A stretch of 58,254 nt of DNA from NCBI GenBank assembly GCA_964430275.1, contig CAYSGF010000215.1:1-58254 (forward strand), read 5' to 3'. Each line of letters opens with the position of its first letter. Within the stretch, counting starts at the first letter, position 1. The notes under the pieces were generated by a model. It saw only the letters and a list, made by a program, of their open reading frames with translations, was not told where the DNA came from and did no database searches. Shown in pieces: positions 55,013 through 58,254 of this stretch. This stretch comes from an uncultured Gemmatimonadaceae bacterium (GTDB lineage: Bacteria > Gemmatimonadota > Gemmatimonadetes > Longimicrobiales > RSA9). The position numbers and the translations under genes were made by a program.

Positions 55013-55637
55013 CGACCATGTCGTGCTGCGGGCAGGCCTGAAAGCGCTGCTCGAGAACGAGGTCGATTTCGTCGTCGTCGGTGAGGCCGCGACCGGCGAG
55101 GAGGCCCTGGAGCGGTGCGAGCTGCTCAAGCCGGACGTCGTGGTCATGGACCTGTCCATGCCGGGTATGGGCGGCCTCGAGGCGACTCGCCAGATCGCCG
55201 CGCAGGGCGATTCCAGAGTGCTCGTCCTCACCATGCACGCCGAGGACGAATACCTGCTCGCCGTCCTCGAGGCCGGTGGCAGTGGTTACGTTCAGAAAAC
55301 CTCAGCCGATGAAGACCTGATCAGTGCGATTCGGACCGTGGCCCGTGACGAGGTGTTCCTCTACCCGAACGCCGCGAAGCTGCTGCTTCAGGGGTTCCGC
55401 GTGAAGAAGGAGGAGGCCGCGCACGATCCGCTGCAGAAACTCACCGAGCGCGAGCGCGACGTCATGGCCATGACCGCCGAGGGCTTCAGCTCCAGCGAGA
55501 TCGGCGAGAAGCTCTTCATCTCCCCCAAGACGGTCGACACCTACCGCTCCCGCATCATGGAGAAGCTCGGTCTGCACCACCGCTCGGAGCTCGTGAGGTT
55601 CGCGCTGAATGCGGGGTTGTTGAAGCCGGAGAAATGA
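54978..55637 (+). CDS. NarL/LuxR-family response regulator
   Basis: LCDDH, VVMDLSMP, VLTMH, KT and the HTH LTERERDV...G.SS.EIGEKLFISPKTVDTYR. Confidence 0.95.
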   Translation: MAPDTIRILLCDDHVVLRAGLKALLENEVDFVVVGEAATGEEALERCELLKPDVVVMDLSMPGMGGLEATRQIAAQGDSRVLVLTMHAEDEYLLAVLEAGGSGYVQKTSADEDLISAIRTVARDEVFLYPNAAKLLLQGFRVKKEEAAHDPLQKLTERERDVMAMTAEGFSSSEIGEKLFISPKTVDTYRSRIMEKLGLHHRSELVRFALNAGLLKPEK

Positions 55638-55740
55638 ATGAATGAATTGATGAATGGATGAATGAATGCATCACCGGGAGCGTCCGGTTACCCGGCACAC
55701 ACCGATTCACGCACTCATCCATTCATGCATTCATCCATTC
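55635..55740. repeat. Palindromic element with inverted (TGAA/TGGA)n arms between convergent genes
   Basis: Left arm tgaatgaatgaattgatgaatggatgaatgaatg (55635-55668). Right arm ...tcatccattcatgcattcatccattc (to 55740). The stop codons of both flanking genes lie in the arms. Confidence 0.8.
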
Positions 55741-57587
55741 CTGGAGGCGCGCAGTGCGTTCAGGATCACTGCCACGTCGATGCCTTCCTGCGCGAGTGCA
55801 CCGGCGGTGGGGGGCAGGAGGCCGGCGGCGGCGAAGAGCATGCCGAGAAAGCTCAGGCCGAGCCCGACGATGATGCTCTGACGGGCGATGCGGAGGGTCC
55901 GGCGCGAGATGCGCAGAGCGTCGGCGATGCGTGTGGGATCATCGGCGAGCAGGACGATGTCGGCGGCTTCGGCGCTGACGCCGCCGCCGTGCGCGGCGAG
56001 TGCGATGCCGACGGTCGCGGTGCCCAGAGCGGGTGCATCGTTCGTCCCGTCTCCGACCATCAGTACGCGGCTGCCCGTGCGCATCAGCTCTGCCACCACC
56101 TCGACCTTGTCCTCCGGCAGCAGGTCCCCGCGGACCTCGTCGATGCCGAGCCGTTCTGCCACGGCACGGGCCTGGCCCTCGTGATCGCCGGACACGATGA
56201 GGGTTCGGCGGACGCCGAGCCGGTCCAGGTCGCGGAAGAACTGCTCCAGCCCCGGCCGTACCACGTCGTCGAACACGATGATGCCGGCGGGCGCGCCGTC
56301 GATGGCGATCCAGGCGCGCATGCCCGCGCCCGGATCGATACGCGCGAGGGGTGCGCTGGCGGGGGCGCGCTCCTGTACGTACGAGGGTGCGCCGATCACG
56401 ATCCGCTGCGCTTCGACAATGCCTTCGATCCCGCGACCCGCGCTCTCCCGTACATCACTCGCGCTGGGCAGCGGCTCGCCGGGCAGCAGGGCGGCGTCCG
56501 TGATGGCGCGGCCGAGCAGGTGGCCGGATCGCAGCTCGAGTGCGCCGGCGAGACGCAGAAGCTCCGGCGGCTGCGTGCCATCCGCGGAGAGCACCTGCGT
56601 CACGCGCGGGACGCCGACCGTCAGGGTGCCGGTCTTGTCGAAGACGGCGACGTCGACCGTCGCGAGCTGTTCGATCGCACCGCCCGTACGCGCGACGATC
56701 TGCCGCTGCGCCAGGCGGTTGACGCCGCCGATGATCGCGACCGGTGTCGCGAGAATGAGCGGACATGGGGTCGCCACCACGAGCACGGCCAGGATGCGCA
56801 GCGGATCGCCGCTCAGGGCGTATGCGACGGCGCACACCACGAGGGTCAGCGGCGTGAACCAGATTGCGTAGCGGTCAGCGATCCGCTGCAGCGGCGCTTT
56901 GCTTTCCTGCGCCCGGCGTACGAGCTCGACGATGCGCGCATACTGGCTCTCCGTGGCGGGTCGTTGCGCCTGGACGGTGAGCGGTGCTTCGCCGTTCGCG
57001 AACCCCGAGAGCAGCATGGTGCCCGCCACGGCGGTACGCGGCAGGGGCTCACCGGTGATGCGTGCCGTGTCGACGTGCGAACGGCCGTCGATGACGATGC
57101 TGTCGCACGGCACGAGCTCGCCGGGCCGCACGAGCAGCGTGTCACCGGGTCGGACTTCGTCGGCATCGATATCCTCGACCCGACCGTTCTCGAAGCGATG
57201 GGCCTGGCGCGGTGCTGCGTCCTCGAGCTCGCGCACGGCACGCGATGCGCGTCCCGCAGCATAGCGCTCGAGCGCTTCGCCGCCGGTCTGCATGAGCACC
57301 ACGATGAGGCCGGGCAGCGGGTGCTGCAGCACGGCAGCCGTCAGGATGGACAGCGTCGCGACCAGGTCGGCCGCGAACTGCCCGTGCAGCGCGCCCCGCG
57401 CAGTGCCATACACAACGGGCGCGCCGGCTACGACCAGGCCCGCGAACCAGACGACGTGGGCGCCATCGGGAGAGTCGATCAGGCGCAGGAATACGCCGAC
57501 CGCCAGGAACGCAAAGGCGAGCGCGGGCAGCGCCCCCGCCCGCGCCCGGCAGCCAAGTGTGGACGCAGTCAAGCCCGAAGATACCAC
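55731..57587 (-). CDS. Heavy-metal P1B-type ATPase (P1B-5-like)
   Basis: TGE, TPCPLILA, DKTGTLT, GDGTNDAPAL and QEGID in the last TM. No N-terminal metal-binding domain and no C-terminal hemerythrin. Confidence 0.92.
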   Translation of the reverse strand: MVSSGLTASTLGCRARAGALPALAFAFLAVGVFLRLIDSPDGAHVVWFAGLVVAGAPVVYGTARGALHGQFAADLVATLSILTAAVLQHPLPGLIVVLMQTGGEALERYAAGRASRAVRELEDAAPRQAHRFENGRVEDIDADEVRPGDTLLVRPGELVPCDSIVIDGRSHVDTARITGEPLPRTAVAGTMLLSGFANGEAPLTVQAQRPATESQYARIVELVRRAQESKAPLQRIADRYAIWFTPLTLVVCAVAYALSGDPLRILAVLVVATPCPLILATPVAIIGGVNRLAQRQIVARTGGAIEQLATVDVAVFDKTGTLTVGVPRVTQVLSADGTQPPELLRLAGALELRSGHLLGRAITDAALLPGEPLPSASDVRESAGRGIEGIVEAQRIVIGAPSYVQERAPASAPLARIDPGAGMRAWIAIDGAPAGIIVFDDVVRPGLEQFFRDLDRLGVRRTLIVSGDHEGQARAVAERLGIDEVRGDLLPEDKVEVVAELMRTGSRVLMVGDGTNDAPALGTATVGIALAAHGGGVSAEAADIVLLADDPTRIADALRISRRTLRIARQSIIVGLGLSFLGMLFAAAGLLPPTAGALAQEGIDVAVILNALRASRNG

Positions 57588-57632
57588 CCCTGTCGAGCGG
57601 TGCGCAGCACGCGCCTCACCGCACGGTGCCGA

Positions 57633-58253
57633 TCACACGCTCATGAACTCGAGCGCGCCCTCACCTTCCGCTGTCCGGGCACGGCCGGTCGACGGCGGCG
57701 GCCGGTAGAGCAGTACGGGCATGAGCGTGCCGCGCACGACCTTGTCCGCCACACTGCCAAGCGCGACACGTGACCAGCCGCCGCGGCCGTGCGTCGCCAG
57801 TGCAATCAGGTCCACACCGTGCAGGGCCGCATACTCGAGGATGGCCACTGCCGGCGCACTGTGGACGAGTACAGCGACGTCGACCTGCAACCCGCGCGTG
57901 CGCAGATCCCCCGCAATCTCTTCGAGATGCCGAAGCGCTCGCGTCCGCTCACCGTCGAGTTCCCCCGACGCCACGCGCTCCGGCGAGACGGATTGCAGCA
58001 CCGTAATGCGCGCATGCGAGAGCTGCGCGATCGCCAGTGCCGGACCCAGGATCCCCTCCGAGAGCTCTGATCCGTCGAGCGGAACCAGCACGTGCCGTGT
58101 GCGTGGCTCGCATGCGAGCTCCGCGTCCTCCCCGCGCGGCCGTACGAGCAGCACCGGCACACTCGTGCGCCGCACCACCGCATCCGCCACACTCCCCAAC
58201 CACGCGCGGTTGATGCCGCCGCGCCCGTGCGTCGTCATCACGATCAGGTCGGC
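57633..58253 (-). CDS. Universal stress protein (tandem USP domains), 5'-truncated by the window edge
   Basis: [13 protein letters not shown]...[10 protein letters not shown]...PVLLV, then VLVPLDGS...[12 protein letters not shown]...[10 protein letters not shown]. Confidence 0.92.
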   Translation of the reverse strand, partial: ADLIVMTTHGRGGINRAWLGSVADAVVRRTSVPVLLVRPRGEDAELACEPRTRHVLVPLDGSELSEGILGPALAIAQLSHARITVLQSVSPERVASGELDGERTRALRHLEEIAGDLRTRGLQVDVAVLVHSAPAVAILEYAALHGVDLIALATHGRGGWSRVALGSVADKVVRGTLMPVLLYRPPPSTGRARTAEGEGALEFMSV

Positions 58254-58254
58254 G

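Overview
Very GC-rich, gene-dense bacterial chromosome segment. Gene content and protein styles suggest Gemmatimonadota (Longimicrobiales-like); this is inference, not a database result. I recognise no tRNA, rRNA, CRISPR array, transposase, integrase or phage genes. Left part: pncA (cut by the window edge), ispG, an outer-membrane barrel/lipoprotein pair, a TolC-MFP-ABC exporter and a CTP-dependent lipid-kinase-like membrane protein. These are followed by a histidine-kinase-like protein whose phospho-acceptor His is replaced by Tyr, a YafK/DpaA-like L,D-transpeptidase, a PAS-GGDEF-EAL protein and an FKBP isomerase. Middle: a three-gene multicopper oxidase/LVIVD operon, DinB, S10 peptidase, a Cys-rich NPP1/Vps62-like lipoprotein and TerC with a candidate degenerate yybP-ykoY riboswitch. 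Next come beta-carbonic anhydrase, a stand-alone NFACT-R protein, a three-domain amidohydrolase pair, YbjQ and a hybrid kinase. Right part: a tightly coupled ~15.5 kb, 10-gene operon (DUF4159, VWA/GATase-like, caspase-fold-like, TPR-gluzincin, DUF4159, MoxR, DUF58, BatA/VWA, DUF4175-like, YceI). After it lie a TPR-nfo-two-component operon, a P1B-5-type ATPase and a universal stress protein (cut by the window edge). Two things stand out. First, the MoxR/VWA/DUF4159/DUF4175 operon looks like an uncharacterised trans-envelope machine. Second, there is a recurring class of intergenic elements with inverted arms built from short tandem repeats (9.1, 18.0, 39.3, 51.8 and 55.6 kb); they sit at gene ends and in places supply stop or start codons.
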